Origin: an uncultured Methanoregulaceae archaeon | GTDB lineage: Archaea > Halobacteriota > Methanomicrobia > Methanomicrobiales > Methanospirillaceae | Direction of reading: 5' to 3' | DNA: 64,000 nucleotides | NCBI GenBank assembly: GCA_963705255.1 | Contig: OY970061.1 | Location: 288,001-352,000 of the forward strand | Part shown: piece after piece, positions 1-11,003 of the stretch | How the letters are laid out: each line of letters opens with the position of its first letter | How positions within the stretch are numbered: the first letter of the stretch is position 1 | Translations under genes and position numbers: made by a program | Notes under the pieces: generated by a model | What the model saw: only the letters and a program-made list of their open reading frames with translations | The model's database searches: none | Told to the model about the DNA's origin: nothing

Positions 1-857
1 ACGGCCCCGGCGGCAAGTGTCACCGTCATTACCGCGGGAAGTGCTGCGGGAATCGCCGCTACGACCAAGATGAGGGCAAACTGAAGGGTGTCGAGAAAGG
101 ACGCGGATCGTAAGAGTGCAACGATCAAAACGATGCTGACCAGAACAATAGCAAGGATGATGAGATAGTTCCCGATCCGCTCGACCGCTGCCTGGAAATG
201 GCTTCGCGGGGGTTTATTCTGGACAAGCCGGGCGGTCTTGCCAAAGTAGGTATTTCCCCCGATGGTCGTGACCCTCGCATCCATCTCGCCCTGGCGTGCG
301 ATCGATCCGGAGAATACGGTGTCGCCCGGCTTCTTCTCGACCGGGAGGGATTCGCCGGTCAGGGCCGATTCATCGAGAAGAAGGTATTTCCCGGTACCCA
401 GTATCGCGTCTGCCGGCACGATGTCGCCGAGCCGGATATGGACGATATCCCCGGGCACGAGTTCGCGGGCCGGGATCTCCTGCCATGTCCCGTCCCGGAG
501 AACCCGGGCGTTGGGGGCGAGCCGCTTTTTAAGAAGTTCGATAGCATTCTCCGCTTTCCGTTCCTGGAAAAACCCGACGACCGCGTTGGTCATGAGCAGG
601 AGGAGGATGACGGCAAAGTCCTCCCAGTGTGCAATAACCGCCGAGAGGATAGCGGCAGCCTCGATCATCCACGGGATCGGGCCCCAGAAATAGGACAGGA
701 ACTTGAGCAGCGGATGCTTCTTCTCTTCAGGGATATCGTTGAAGCCGTACCGGCTTCGGAGGTCAGCGACCTCGGCACTGGTCAGCCCTGTCCTGGATCC
801 CTGAATAGGTGCGGGTGAATCTGGTGCTCTATCCGGGGGTAGGGTGCCGCTCGCCAT
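1..857 (-). CDS. Plasma-membrane-type proton-efflux P-type ATPase (type IIIA); N-terminal part, runs off the window start
   Basis: Hand translation of the reverse strand from ATG at 857: GLTSAEVADLRSRYGFNDIPEEKKHPLLKFLSYFWGPIPWMIEAAAILS..., later LTGESLPV and LLVAAIPAALPAVMTVTLAAGA, which are PMA1-like motifs. Not in the ORF track because no stop lies in the window. Confidence 0.9.
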   Translation of the reverse strand, partial: MASGTLPPDRAPDSPAPIQGSRTGLTSAEVADLRSRYGFNDIPEEKKHPLLKFLSYFWGPIPWMIEAAAILSAVIAHWEDFAVILLLLMTNAVVGFFQERKAENAIELLKKRLAPNARVLRDGTWQEIPARELVPGDIVHIRLGDIVPADAILGTGKYLLLDESALTGESLPVEKKPGDTVFSGSIARQGEMDARVTTIGGNTYFGKTARLVQNKPPRSHFQAAVERIGNYLIILAIVLVSIVLIVALLRSASFLDTLQFALILVVAAIPAALPAVMTVTLAAGA

Positions 858-1221
858 AGATAACGATCTCTTGGTATATCTGCCATACTAAACCCACGAT
901 TTCATATAATTTTCGATACGTGCAGGATGCATCTTCTCGTGATCCCGGAAGAGCCGGATCCTCCATCCATAATGTTTCAGGATTTGTCTCAAAATCTGAA
1001 TCTCATGGCAGATCCTATCATATCCCTAATCAATACCCATGGCAGGTAAGACTTATTCTCGCCTCGGGAATTCCGGTGATACCGGGATGATCGGTTAAAG
1101 GGCCAGCTCAGTCCGGTAAAAACAACTGGGCTGATCAGCAGTGGAAAAAGAGACCTGAACGGGAGTGTCAGGGCATGACGGTTTGTCTTCAGGGGAAAAA
1201 ACAGGTGGAGGAATAGATCAA

Positions 1222-2676
1222 ATGCCAGAAGTATGTATAGGATTTGAGGTGCACCAGCCGTTCCGGCTCAACCGGCACTTCTCACCGGATCCGAAGAAGA
1301 AGAAAAAAGAATTGTTTGAACTTTACTTTGACGAACTGAACCGGGAAGTGCTGGACCGGGTATCTGAAAAGTGTTACGTACCCGCTACGCAGATCATTCT
1401 CGAAAAACTGGACGAGGGGTTCAACTGTGCGTTCTCCCTCTCCGGGACGCTGATCGAGCAACTGGAAAAGTGGCAGCCGGATGTCCTCGCCCTCTTTGAC
1501 CAGGTTGCCCGTCACCGGAACTGCGAGCTGCTCGGGCAGACCTATTATCACAGCATTGCCGGTTGTTTTGGCGACAAGTCGGAATTTATCGACCAGGCAG
1601 GGATGCACGCGGACCTGATGTACGATCTTTTTAAGATCCGCCCCACGGTCTTCGAGAACACCGAGTTCACCTTCAACAACCAGATCGCCACCCACGTAAA
1701 AGAGATGGGCTATGCCGGTGTTTTTACCGAGGGTGTGGACCGTATCCTCGGCTGGCGCAGCCCGCACCATATCTATACCTGTAACGAGCTGCCCGTTCTC
1801 CTGCGCGACACCCAGCTCTCCGACGATATTGCGTTCCGGTTCGGTAACCAGGGCTGGGACAAGTACCCGCTGACTGCAGACACCTATGCGGACTGGCTTG
1901 CCGGTACATCCGGGGAACTCGTCAATATCTTCCTCGATTACGAGACCTTTGGGGAGCACTTCTGGAAAGAGACCGGGATCTTTAACTTCCTCTCCTACCT
2001 GCCCGCCGAACTGGAGAAGCGGGGGGTTAAGACCGTCCTCCCTGCAGATGCCCTGCTGCAACATGCGCCGATCGGCACTATCGATGTCTCCACTACCATC
2101 TCGTGGGCCGATATCGAGAAGGATGCATCGGCCTGGATGGGCAACGAGCGGCAGCATACGGCCTATTCGGCGGTCCAGAAAGCGGCGGCCTTTGCCAAGG
2201 ACAAGTCCATCTGGCGGTATCTCCAGACAAGTGACCACTTCTATTACATGGCCTCCAAGTACGGGACCTGCGGCGAGGTGCACAACTACTTCAGCCACCA
2301 TGAAGCCGAGGATGCGTTCAGGACGTACATGGCAATCCTTGCCGACTTTGAGAAACGCAACATCCGGGTCATGAAGAACCGGAGATCGGCAAAGACGCTC
2401 CGGACCCTGGCACCGGAGGAGGCGTTCCATTTCGCCTCGCCCAATGGGTACGTGGGGTATGCAGCGTATAGTCTTGACCAGTTCTGTGACCTGCTCCGGG
2501 TGGTGCCGGCCGACTCGATCGCGTACCATCAGGAGCGGGGGGATATTGCGCACTGGATCGAACATACGCTGGACGATCAAAAACTGGCCGCCGGTGTCAG
2601 TGGCCATACAGACCGGCAGGAACTTTTGGATGTGATCAATGGGCGGAGGGAGTTGTTATGGAGTCACTTAAGGTAG
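1222..2676 (+). CDS. Glycoside hydrolase family 57 (alpha-amylase-like) with C-terminal DUF5752-like domain
   Basis: FEVHQP, NTEF, DYETFGEH, SWAD and LQTSDHFYYM GH57 motifs; GGAGG RBS before ATG 1222; C-terminal 'EAFHFASPNG...AYSLDQF' domain. Confidence 0.9.
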   Translation: MPEVCIGFEVHQPFRLNRHFSPDPKKKKKELFELYFDELNREVLDRVSEKCYVPATQIILEKLDEGFNCAFSLSGTLIEQLEKWQPDVLALFDQVARHRNCELLGQTYYHSIAGCFGDKSEFIDQAGMHADLMYDLFKIRPTVFENTEFTFNNQIATHVKEMGYAGVFTEGVDRILGWRSPHHIYTCNELPVLLRDTQLSDDIAFRFGNQGWDKYPLTADTYADWLAGTSGELVNIFLDYETFGEHFWKETGIFNFLSYLPAELEKRGVKTVLPADALLQHAPIGTIDVSTTISWADIEKDASAWMGNERQHTAYSAVQKAAAFAKDKSIWRYLQTSDHFYYMASKYGTCGEVHNYFSHHEAEDAFRTYMAILADFEKRNIRVMKNRRSAKTLRTLAPEEAFHFASPNGYVGYAAYSLDQFCDLLRVVPADSIAYHQERGDIAHWIEHTLDDQKLAAGVSGHTDRQELLDVINGRRELLWSHLR

Positions 2677-3797
2677 CGTTCTTCTGCTGGGAGTCGATGT
2701 ATGCCGAGCGGGTGGGCGGCCTTGCAAATGCGGCTACCAACCTGGCCGAGACCCTGGCTAAGAATCACGAGGTGCATTTCTTCACCCGGGGATGGATTCC
2801 GGACCAGACAATCAACAGTGTCTCGTACCATTACTGCCGGCCCCATGGTGGTAATACGGTACAGTACTGCGAGGAGATGAGCAACGGGATGGTGGAACAG
2901 TTCCACCAGTCCGACAGGAATGAAAAATTTGATATCCTCCACTTCCATGACTGGCACCCGATCCCGGCGCTCCACCGGCTGCAGGACCGGGACACCATCC
3001 TCACGTTCCACTCTACGGAATACGGCAGGAACGGCAACCAGTATGGTGACTGGTGGGAGTACCGGGAGATCTCCGGCAAGGAGTGGTATGGCGGGCTGAT
3101 TGCCAAGAGGGTGACCGCCGTCTCCACGGTCATGAAAAACGAGGTTATGCAACTCTATAACGTGCCCGACTGGAAGTGCGATGTGGTTCCGAATGGCATC
3201 GTGCCGCGCCAGTACCGTGCCTATCTCGATGCAGGTGAGGTGAAACGGGCCTACGGGATCCACCCGTTTGCCCCGCTGATCCTGTTCATTGGCAGGCTGG
3301 CCTACCAGAAGGGCCCGGACCTGTTCATCGAAGCGATCCGGAAGGTCTGCCAGCACCGCTGGGATGCAAAGGTGATCGTTGCCGGTGACGGGGGGATGCG
3401 ACAGTTCCTCCAGGAGCGGGCACGGGACCTGCCGGTGAATTTCGTCGGTTATATTCCGGATTCGGAGTATATCCGCATCCTGAATGCATGCGATCTTGTG
3501 GTGATCCCGAGCAGGAACGAGCCGTTCGGTCTTGTGCTTCTTGAAGCTTGGAGCGCAGAGAAACCCGTTGTTGCCTGCGATGTCGGCGGTCTCTCGGAGA
3601 ACATCGACTCGTTCGTCAACGGCATCAAGGTGCAACCGGATTCTGAATCGCTGGCCTGGGGGATCAGCACCATGATAGAGGATCCCATGAGTGCGCAGGT
3701 CCAGGGAAGACGGGGGAGAACAAAGGTGGACAGGCAGTTCCTCTGGGACCCGATCGCGACCCGGATGGCAAATGCCTACACAAAGGTGAGCGGGTAA
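2658..3797 (+). CDS. GT4 family glycosyltransferase (glycogen-synthase-like)
   Basis: VGGLA, HFHDWH, GRLAYQKG and EPFGLVLLEAW motifs; overlaps the GH57 gene. Confidence 0.9.
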   Translation: MESLKVAFFCWESMYAERVGGLANAATNLAETLAKNHEVHFFTRGWIPDQTINSVSYHYCRPHGGNTVQYCEEMSNGMVEQFHQSDRNEKFDILHFHDWHPIPALHRLQDRDTILTFHSTEYGRNGNQYGDWWEYREISGKEWYGGLIAKRVTAVSTVMKNEVMQLYNVPDWKCDVVPNGIVPRQYRAYLDAGEVKRAYGIHPFAPLILFIGRLAYQKGPDLFIEAIRKVCQHRWDAKVIVAGDGGMRQFLQERARDLPVNFVGYIPDSEYIRILNACDLVVIPSRNEPFGLVLLEAWSAEKPVVACDVGGLSENIDSFVNGIKVQPDSESLAWGISTMIEDPMSAQVQGRRGRTKVDRQFLWDPIATRMANAYTKVSG

Positions 3798-4095
3798 ACC
3801 TGGAACCATGCTTTTGAACTGTTTTGGAATACGCACTTTGCGGTGTGGCTCATGTGCTGAATGATGATGGAGGTGGAGGGCTATTACCTGCAGGAGCGCA
3901 GGTTTGGCTCTATGAGCCGGGTTGTCCGTCCCGCTGCCCGAAACGGTCACCGAGAAGGGAGTAACTGCGACATTTTAAAAAATGGTGTTCTGGAGATTCA
4001 ACGGAAAAAACAGAGAAGGAAACTCAAAGCAAAGATCGTAACTGAATGATTCCTTTTTTTTGATGGATATGAGATATGGGCTACCATATCCGGCG

Positions 4096-5757
4096 TCACC
4101 GCGGTTTGTAGAGCATGGTATCTGTAACATCTTCAAGGGTCTCCAGTACTCCGATAACATTACCCACTGAGTCCCTGATAACCGCCGCGGTGAAGTACAG
4201 CCATATTCCTTCTTTTCCCAGTTTCGGGAAAAAATCCGTGGCTTCATAAGCACCTTCCACCAGCCGCGATTTGCTGGATTTTTTCCCGTACCACCGGGGG
4301 ATCTCATCTATTGCATTGTCGATAACCAGGTCAGCCAGGCATGGCCGTTTTTCATCGTAAAACGCTCTCCAGTGCTGGTCGGTCCCGATTACGTCATCCG
4401 CTTTAATCCCGGAATATTCTTCGAGGGCCCGGTTCCAGAAGATGATAGCATGATTTTTATCGATCATGAACTGTGGGATGGGAGAACCCTGCAGCACAGC
4501 ATTCAGCAGGATTTCACGTTCCCGGTATTCGGCCTCGACTCTGCCGGTAATATCCCGGAAGATCCCGAGTGCATTCCAGATGCCCTTGAAGTGGAGGGAT
4601 GTCAAGGACATCTCCAGATGAATTGCTTTTCCGGAGCTGCCCTGCATATGCAGTTCGCAGGGACATCGGGAGAACGGGCCTCCGTGTGATCTGAAAAAGA
4701 TCAGGAAATTGGATTTGTCCATGTCGCGGGATTGCTGAAGGGAGAACAGGGAAAAGAAGTTATTCCTCATAACGTTATCAGAATTCATGCCGAACAGTCT
4801 CTCTGCCGCCGGATTCCAATACCTGATGATCCCGTTCTGGTCAAGAAGCGCGATGGCGTCGCTGGCCCCGTCCGTGATGCCATGGAACAGTTCCTCGCTC
4901 TCTTTGATCTCCTTCTTGGCGAGGACTTTCTCGGTGATGTCATTTCCTACGACAATATACCCGGCACGGGTCCCGTCTTCCCCGGTCAGTTCCCGGGTGT
5001 TCCACGAGATATGCCGGGTAAAGCCGCTTTTTGTGCGGATCCGTGTCTCATAATTTTCCAGTGCCTTGTTATTCCGGATTATATCCCTGATCTTCCTTGT
5101 GACTTCCTTCCGGTACTCGATATCCGGGTAAAGCCATTTCCACACCTCGTTCCTTCCTATGACCTCGTCCCTGGAATATCCGGTAATCTCCTCCGCCGCC
5201 TTGTTCCAGATGACGATATTATTATGGGTATCAAGAAATGTCATCCAGAGTTTTGCGTTGATTATCACGCTCTTCTGGAACTCGGCATACCGGTGAATCT
5301 CGTTTTTTGCTTCGGCAATGGCCGTTATGTCATCCCCGATGACAATAAAACCTGCACTCTTACCGTCATCCCCTGCAAGTTCCCGGGTATTCCACGAGAT
5401 TCTCCTCGTACCTCCGTTCTTTGTACGAATTGTGGTCTCAAAATTCTCAAGGTTTTTTTTGCTCCTGATGCTTTCCACTATCTTCTCAGTGACCCCGCGG
5501 CGGTAACCGGCATCCGGATAAATCCATCTCCAGATTGCAGTATTCCCCAGCACTTCCCCGCCGGAATAACCGGATATTTCCTCTGCTGCCCTGTTCCAGA
5601 TAACGACACGCCTGCCGGTATCAAGAAACATCATCCAGAGCTTCGCGTTCATGATGATGCTCTCGAAGAACCGGGTCAGATCATTATTTTTCTGGGTAGA
5701 TGCCCATTCCGAAAAAACTCCTTCTGTTTTTTTATCCGGGATGAATTGCTCTTCCAT
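4096..5757 (-). CDS. Multi-PAS (PAS S-box) sensor protein with no recognisable output domain
   Basis: Four PAS repeats (IWNRAAEEISGY, IWNKAAEEITGY, YWNPAAERLFG, FWNRALEEYSG); ends directly after the last PAC. Confidence 0.85.
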   Translation of the reverse strand: MEEQFIPDKKTEGVFSEWASTQKNNDLTRFFESIIMNAKLWMMFLDTGRRVVIWNRAAEEISGYSGGEVLGNTAIWRWIYPDAGYRRGVTEKIVESIRSKKNLENFETTIRTKNGGTRRISWNTRELAGDDGKSAGFIVIGDDITAIAEAKNEIHRYAEFQKSVIINAKLWMTFLDTHNNIVIWNKAAEEITGYSRDEVIGRNEVWKWLYPDIEYRKEVTRKIRDIIRNNKALENYETRIRTKSGFTRHISWNTRELTGEDGTRAGYIVVGNDITEKVLAKKEIKESEELFHGITDGASDAIALLDQNGIIRYWNPAAERLFGMNSDNVMRNNFFSLFSLQQSRDMDKSNFLIFFRSHGGPFSRCPCELHMQGSSGKAIHLEMSLTSLHFKGIWNALGIFRDITGRVEAEYREREILLNAVLQGSPIPQFMIDKNHAIIFWNRALEEYSGIKADDVIGTDQHWRAFYDEKRPCLADLVIDNAIDEIPRWYGKKSSKSRLVEGAYEATDFFPKLGKEGIWLYFTAAVIRDSVGNVIGVLETLEDVTDTMLYKPR

Positions 5758-6241
5758 TATTCCCTCCTGGTATCATCTCATTACCAGACCTCTGGACAGC
5801 GGATCTGCATTACTGAATGACAAAGTGTTTACCGACCTTACTGTTTATCAACGTTTGGTTTGATCCATGTCCCGCCGTTCTTGACGGCCTTTAGCAGGTG
5901 ACCGGGTTTTCATTCCGTCAGGAGTCTGGCTACCCTCCATGAAATGAGACAAAAAACCCGGTAAGCCCTCACAATTTCCGGAAGTTGAAATGACCGGGTA
6001 TCGATGAAATAGTGTGCGGAATACGCAGACGAACTGATTTTTCATTTGTACCGGACAGGCTGCCGGTGACGGTCCATTAGCCTGGAAACTCCCTGCCCTC
6101 AGGATCGGCCGCACAGTTCATCATCTCACCGATCGCCTCCGGTTTTTTGTTCTCCCTTGCTCTTGCCCGAGATGAAACCAGCAGGGATCCCCCCGTGGCG
6201 TCTCCTCTTTTCCGGTGGGAGTGCCGCCGTTCTGGCGAAAT

Positions 6242-6631
6242 TTACCAGGCTATGTTCTCTTCGAGAATCTGCTGCCGGCGTATCGCCCAGAGGATGATCG
6301 ACGCGCTGATGAAGGCGAGGAAGAACGCGAACCGGTAGAGAATTGCCTGGGATACCGCCACTCCCTGGGGCGAGACGAGAAGACCGCCGACCAGAAAGAG
6401 CAGGGTTACGGCACAGACCGTGGGAATTGCATAGTACCTGCTCGACCAGAAGGACAGGACGAGGGGAATGAAATAGAGCAGCCAGACCGGCTCTCCGAGA
6501 GGCGTAATCGTATCGATCAGGTAGACTGCAACGAGTACCAGTACGACGATAATAACAATTCCAAGATCCGATGTAAGAGAACTGAATATCTGTGTTACCG
6601 GTGTCTGGTTATGACGTCTGGCTGATGGCAT
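6242..6631 (-). CDS. Hypothetical membrane protein (about 4 TM helices)
   Basis: Hydrophobic segments; 'DTITPLGEPVWLLYFIPL' resembles membrane sensor modules. Confidence 0.65.
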   Translation of the reverse strand: MPSARRHNQTPVTQIFSSLTSDLGIVIIVVLVLVAVYLIDTITPLGEPVWLLYFIPLVLSFWSSRYYAIPTVCAVTLLFLVGGLLVSPQGVAVSQAILYRFAFFLAFISASIILWAIRRQQILEENIAW

Positions 6632-6781
6632 GGAACACTCTGTCTGGAGCGGGAACAGGTATTTCCAGAATATAGTATCGTATTCCGGGAAGTGTTAAAA
6701 ATCCTTGCGATCTTTCTGGAATATTCGGTCCGGTTTGTGCATCCCGATCTCCCCGCGCAGGACCGGGAGCAGGAATACTGT

Positions 6782-6895
6782 ATGACCCTGTACAATGCGC
6801 TCCTCTACCTGTATGCTGCAGCCTGGGACCGCTCCCCGGCCGACCGGGACCGGCTCCTGCACCTGAAGGACTTCGCCCTGAAACTGGCGTCGTGA
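6782..6895 (+). CDS. Small hypothetical protein (37 aa)
   Basis: MTLYNALLYLYAAAWDRSPADRDRLLHLKDFALKLAS; host-like GC3 codon use, purine-rich upstream. Confidence 0.35.
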   Translation: MTLYNALLYLYAAAWDRSPADRDRLLHLKDFALKLAS

Positions 6896-7459
6896 TTCCG
6901 GAATATCGCGTAGTTTTTTATTCCTCTGCGTATAGCCGGAAGAAGATTGATGATCCGGTTGAAACCTCCACTCTCACGGCAGGATGAACGCCGCCGCAGT
7001 CGAAGATTGATATCTTCTCCACAGCCTGCGGCTGCCCCCAACGGGGAGCCAGCCATGACCAAATGGTCAGGGGCGGCTGGCTGAAGAAAATTCTATTAAG
7101 AATTTTCGACTCGCCCCCGCGGCGGATCAGGGACTAAAAATTCTGAAAACCTTTGTGCCCTGCCGTGCCTCTTCTCTTACGAGATTCGGCAAGTCGAAGA
7201 ACCTGATGGTTCTTCTCCCGTCTCATTCCTGCGGAATTCGACGCCTCGGAGAGGCCCTGAGACGGGGGACACTCCCGAATTTTACACTATTAACCAATTT
7301 TCACGAATCTTGAACGGACCCTCTTGGCCCATATTTCCGCACTTGCCGAAAGGGACAGCGCAAATCATTTCCGAAACCTTCTTTTCACCCCAGTCCCACT
7401 ATCGGTTATGCGTGGGCCGGCCGGGCGCCGCCGTGCGGATACTCTCTGAGGTGTGTGGC

Positions 7460-8041
7460 ATGATCGAGAAGCTGCTGTTGGGGAACCTGAGGTTCCGGGA
7501 ATCGGATTTCACCACAAATATCGATTATTACCGGGGACTGGCCGGCAGCCAGCACCCGACGACGCTCTGGATCGGGTGCTCGGACTCGCGGCTCCAGACC
7601 GGGCACATCACCCAGGCCCGGGCCGGCGAGCTCTTCATCCAGCGGAACATCGGGAACATCGTCCCGATCCATGACTGGAACTTTGCAACCGTGCTGGAAT
7701 ACGCGGTGGTGCACCTGGAGGTGAGCGACGTGGTCGTCTGCGGGCACTCGAACTGCGGGGCGATCCGGGCGCTTGATAAGGAGAGCACGGACGCGTACAT
7801 CCCCCTCTGGCTGAACAATGCCCGCGAGGCGAAGGAGCGCGTGGACAGGAAGATCAAGCTCCCGGAGACCATTCCGGAGCAGGAGGCGCGGTACCGCCTG
7901 ATCGAGCAGGAGAACGTGCGCCTCCAGCTGGAGCACCTCTCCACCTACCCGCTCCTGAAGAAGGCAGTGGACGAGAAGCGGGTGGAAGTCCACGGCCTCT
8001 ACTACGACCTCGCGACCGGCGCGCTGACCCGGGTGACGTGA
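7460..8041 (+). CDS. Beta-class carbonic anhydrase
   Basis: GCSDSR, RNIGN and CGHSNCGA zinc-ligand motifs; GAGGTG RBS. Confidence 0.95.
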   Translation: MIEKLLLGNLRFRESDFTTNIDYYRGLAGSQHPTTLWIGCSDSRLQTGHITQARAGELFIQRNIGNIVPIHDWNFATVLEYAVVHLEVSDVVVCGHSNCGAIRALDKESTDAYIPLWLNNAREAKERVDRKIKLPETIPEQEARYRLIEQENVRLQLEHLSTYPLLKKAVDEKRVEVHGLYYDLATGALTRVT

Positions 8042-8076
8042 GGCCGATCCCGGAACGTTCCCCGGGTCCCGGTCCG

Positions 8077-8553
8077 TCAGCGCCGGATCCCGCCGGCGAA
8101 CTTCTCCAGCGTCCCCGCAAACGATCCCCCGTCCACATCCTTCTCGATGGTGGACGCGGACGAGACGAACCTCATCCCCTTCTTTTCGAGCGCCTTCCGG
8201 ACCACGACGATCGCGGTTGCGTCGCCGCGGCCGCCCATCTCCACGAGGACGTGGAACGGCTTCCCGTTCCCGCCCGTGACCGAGGCGAGGTACTCGTTCA
8301 CGAACGGGGGCACCTTCCCGGCCCAGACCGGGCTCGCGATGACGAGGGTGTCCGTGCCGGAGAGATCGCTCTTCACCGGCCTGATGGCCGATCTCATGCC
8401 AAAGAAGGCTTTCAGCGCGTTGCCCGCGATGCCGCTCTCCCGGGCCGGCTCAATCCGGACCAGCTCCGCGTCCAGGAGCTTCGCGAGGGCCGTCGCGACC
8501 TTTTCGGTGTGCCCTTTCCATGAGTAGTAGACGATAAGAGTTGCCATGCTCAT
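8077..8553 (-). CDS. Flavodoxin family protein
   Basis: IVYYSWKGHTEKVA and IASPVWAG FMN-binding motifs. Confidence 0.85.
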   Translation of the reverse strand: MSMATLIVYYSWKGHTEKVATALAKLLDAELVRIEPARESGIAGNALKAFFGMRSAIRPVKSDLSGTDTLVIASPVWAGKVPPFVNEYLASVTGGNGKPFHVLVEMGGRGDATAIVVVRKALEKKGMRFVSSASTIEKDVDGGSFAGTLEKFAGGIRR

Positions 8554-8632
8554 TTCCCATCTTCCATCGGGAGACAGGGGCAAAAAGGTTCCGGTCTTCG
8601 GGCGGCCGCCCCGCCGTCAGCCGGCAAAAAAG

Positions 8633-9283
8633 TTACGCAGTCCCTGCGCTGTCATAGACCTGGCAGAGGTAGCGCGCCTCGAAGAGGACGATGAAGGGTA
8701 TGAGGATGAACAGGATGAGGAATCCTACAAACGGGATAGCCATGCAGATGACTTCTACGATGCCGATGATGACGATCATGAGGATGAGGGCGACGATGTA
8801 GGAGAGCCAGCCGATCTTCCCGATCGTTGCAAGGATCGCGCCGAAGTTGAAGGCCTCGCCCATGCTGCCCGTCCGGGCGAACCGGATGATCCCGATGGCT
8901 TCGAACAGGGCGATGATAAAGGCTACAATATAGAGGATAACGATGCCGATGAGGAACCCGCCGACCGCCGCCATTGCCGCGGCCCGGTTTCCGGAGATCG
9001 CCGCCATAACGACCGGTGCAATAGCTATGAAGGCTATGATGATAATCGGGATCGCGTAGATGAGTCCGATAATGAAAAGCTTGATCCCATCGATGAACAG
9101 GGTTGCCCAGCCGGTGACCTCCGGGGCCGGTTTTTCCCCGCGGAAGATCTTCAGCTTGTACCCGAGCAGGGGCAGGGCCAGCAGGATCGTCGCGACCAGC
9201 AGCAGCACCCATCTCTTCCATTTTCCGACAAGACCTTCCTTTGCATACCCGAAGGCTTCACCTAGCATTTTTCCGTATTCCAT
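8633..9283 (-). CDS. DUF4013-type membrane protein
   Basis: 'LGEAFGYAK...LLGY...PAPE..GW..LFIDGIK...RFARTGSMGEAFNF' pattern; multiple TM segments. Confidence 0.8.
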   Translation of the reverse strand: MEYGKMLGEAFGYAKEGLVGKWKRWVLLLVATILLALPLLGYKLKIFRGEKPAPEVTGWATLFIDGIKLFIIGLIYAIPIIIIAFIAIAPVVMAAISGNRAAAMAAVGGFLIGIVILYIVAFIIALFEAIGIIRFARTGSMGEAFNFGAILATIGKIGWLSYIVALILMIVIIGIVEVICMAIPFVGFLILFILIPFIVLFEARYLCQVYDSAGTA

Positions 9284-9380
9284 GTAAATCACCACTATAC
9301 AGGATTGTTTTTTGTTCCGGGCCTTAAAAACTGGTCGATTTAATATTTTGCCGGAGGGAAAAAAGGGTTGTGCTGTTTTT

Positions 9381-11003
9381 TCAGGAAAACCCGGGGGTAA
9401 GGTCGTCTGTTATCCGCTTGTTCTTCACGAGGTTGAGCCCGGCGATATAGTCCTCGTAATAGTGGATGCGGGTGCTGACCGGGAACGGGATGCCGATTGT
9501 AGAGATGATGGCCTCACCCCGGTCGAGGGTCTGGATCTCGATCTCCATCTTCGAGAGGTCCTGCTTGGCGCTGCCCATGAGGATCTCCCGGTCGCCCCGG
9601 TCGCCGAGGCCCATCACCACGAAGGTGTTGATCTGGGCGAGCACCTTCGGGTCCACGTTCTTCGGCTGCTGGGTGATGACGCAGAGGCCGACGCCGAACT
9701 TCCGCCCTTCCATCGCGCACTCGCGGAAGATCTGGGTAGAGGAGCCGCCGGCGCTGAGCACCCGTTGCGCCTCCTCGATCGTGATCAGCACCTTCTTCTG
9801 CTCCACCGGTTCGGTCTCCGTCCCGAACTCCTCCGCGGACTTCCGGTGGGCCTGCATGATCCTCCGCGTGATCATCGAGAGGACGAAGAGTTCGCTCCGC
9901 TCGCCCATCCGGGGGATGTCGATCAGGACGACCTTGTTGTCGTGGAGGTGCCGGAGGATCTCCGTTACGGACGAGCCGGACTCGCGGAAGAACTTCCGGT
10001 TGCCGCTCACGATGTTCCGGATCCGGCGCTGGATCACCCCGAGCGTGCCCGGGTGGAATGCTGCCAGCTTCTCCGCAATGGCCGGGAACGGGCCGGCGTA
10101 CGTGCCCGCCTTCACGGCATCCGGGAGCGTGTCGACGTTCGCCTGCAGGAAGAACGGGATGATCTCTTTGCCCTCAAACTCCTCGAGCGACTCGATTGCG
10201 TCCCGCTGGGCCTGCGAGAGGTCGTAGAGGAGGGCAAGGTCGGTCATCCGGAAGTCGTCGTAGTCGAGCCAGAGGCTGGAAAGACCGTACTTCTTCCGGT
10301 CCGCCTCGCTGATGGTGAAGACCGCGAGGCCGTCCCTTCCGGCCGTGTAGTGGACGAGCCCGAGCGTCCGCTCCCCGGTGCTCGACTGCCCTCCCCGGAC
10401 GTACTCGCCGTGCGGGTCGACCATCAGGAGGCCGAACTGCTGCACCTTCATGCAGGAGGCGCAGAAGGTCTTCATGAAGTTGGACTTGCCCATGCCGGTG
10501 GTGGCAAAGACGCCCATGTGCTGGGGCAGGACTTTGCTGTGGATCTTGACCGGGACGTCTTTCAAAACCCCCTGCCCGGTCCGCATCACGCCGACCTCGA
10601 TGTCTCCCATCACTTTCGTCAGGAACGCAAAGTCACCCGCTTCGGGTAGAGTGACCTGCGAGAATTTTGTCGGGACGGTGCGGGGCTTCCGGAATACCCC
10701 GTTCCCGTCCACGAACCCGAGCGGGACCGCCTCGACCCCGATGAAGACGTCCTCGCCCAGCCCGTAGAAGTGCTCGGAGAACGGGCGGGTGTCCCACTTC
10801 TCGTCCGCGAAGTTGGACTCGTGGATAAGGTCGCTGACCTTGGCATAGAAAGAGTAGCCCTTGGCGGTATCGGTGATCTTCAGGATGTCGCCGACAAAAA
10901 GGTTCTCCGCATGCGGGACGATAAACCGGTACGAAAGCACGCTCCGGCCAATGAGCCGGAACTTGGTGGCGTCTGCATTCTCAGTATCGTTCAAATTCAT
11001 CAT
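9381..11003 (-). CDS. herA: HerA-family DNA helicase/ATPase
   Basis: Walker A ATTGMGKS, DPHGEY, IEEAQR, EGRKFGVG and TQQP motifs; operon with nurA/rad50/mre11. Confidence 0.9.
   Translation of the reverse strand: MMNLNDTENADATKFRLIGRSVLSYRFIVPHAENLFVGDILKITDTAKGYSFYAKVSDLIHESNFADEKWDTRPFSEHFYGLGEDVFIGVEAVPLGFVDGNGVFRKPRTVPTKFSQVTLPEAGDFAFLTKVMGDIEVGVMRTGQGVLKDVPVKIHSKVLPQHMGVFATTGMGKSNFMKTFCASCMKVQQFGLLMVDPHGEYVRGGQSSTGERTLGLVHYTAGRDGLAVFTISEADRKKYGLSSLWLDYDDFRMTDLALLYDLSQAQRDAIESLEEFEGKEIIPFFLQANVDTLPDAVKAGTYAGPFPAIAEKLAAFHPGTLGVIQRRIRNIVSGNRKFFRESGSSVTEILRHLHDNKVVLIDIPRMGERSELFVLSMITRRIMQAHRKSAEEFGTETEPVEQKKVLITIEEAQRVLSAGGSSTQIFRECAMEGRKFGVGLCVITQQPKNVDPKVLAQINTFVVMGLGDRGDREILMGSAKQDLSKMEIEIQTLDRGEAIISTIGIPFPVSTRIHYYEDYIAGLNLVKNKRITDDLTPGFS

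Noticed and set aside
198-10649. Long antisense ORFs (e.g. 198-818, 1282-2607, 2664-3950, 4732-5820, 8546-9265, 9312-10649; also 50261-51508)
   Set aside because: Shadow frames opposite well-supported GC-rich genes, with no motifs.
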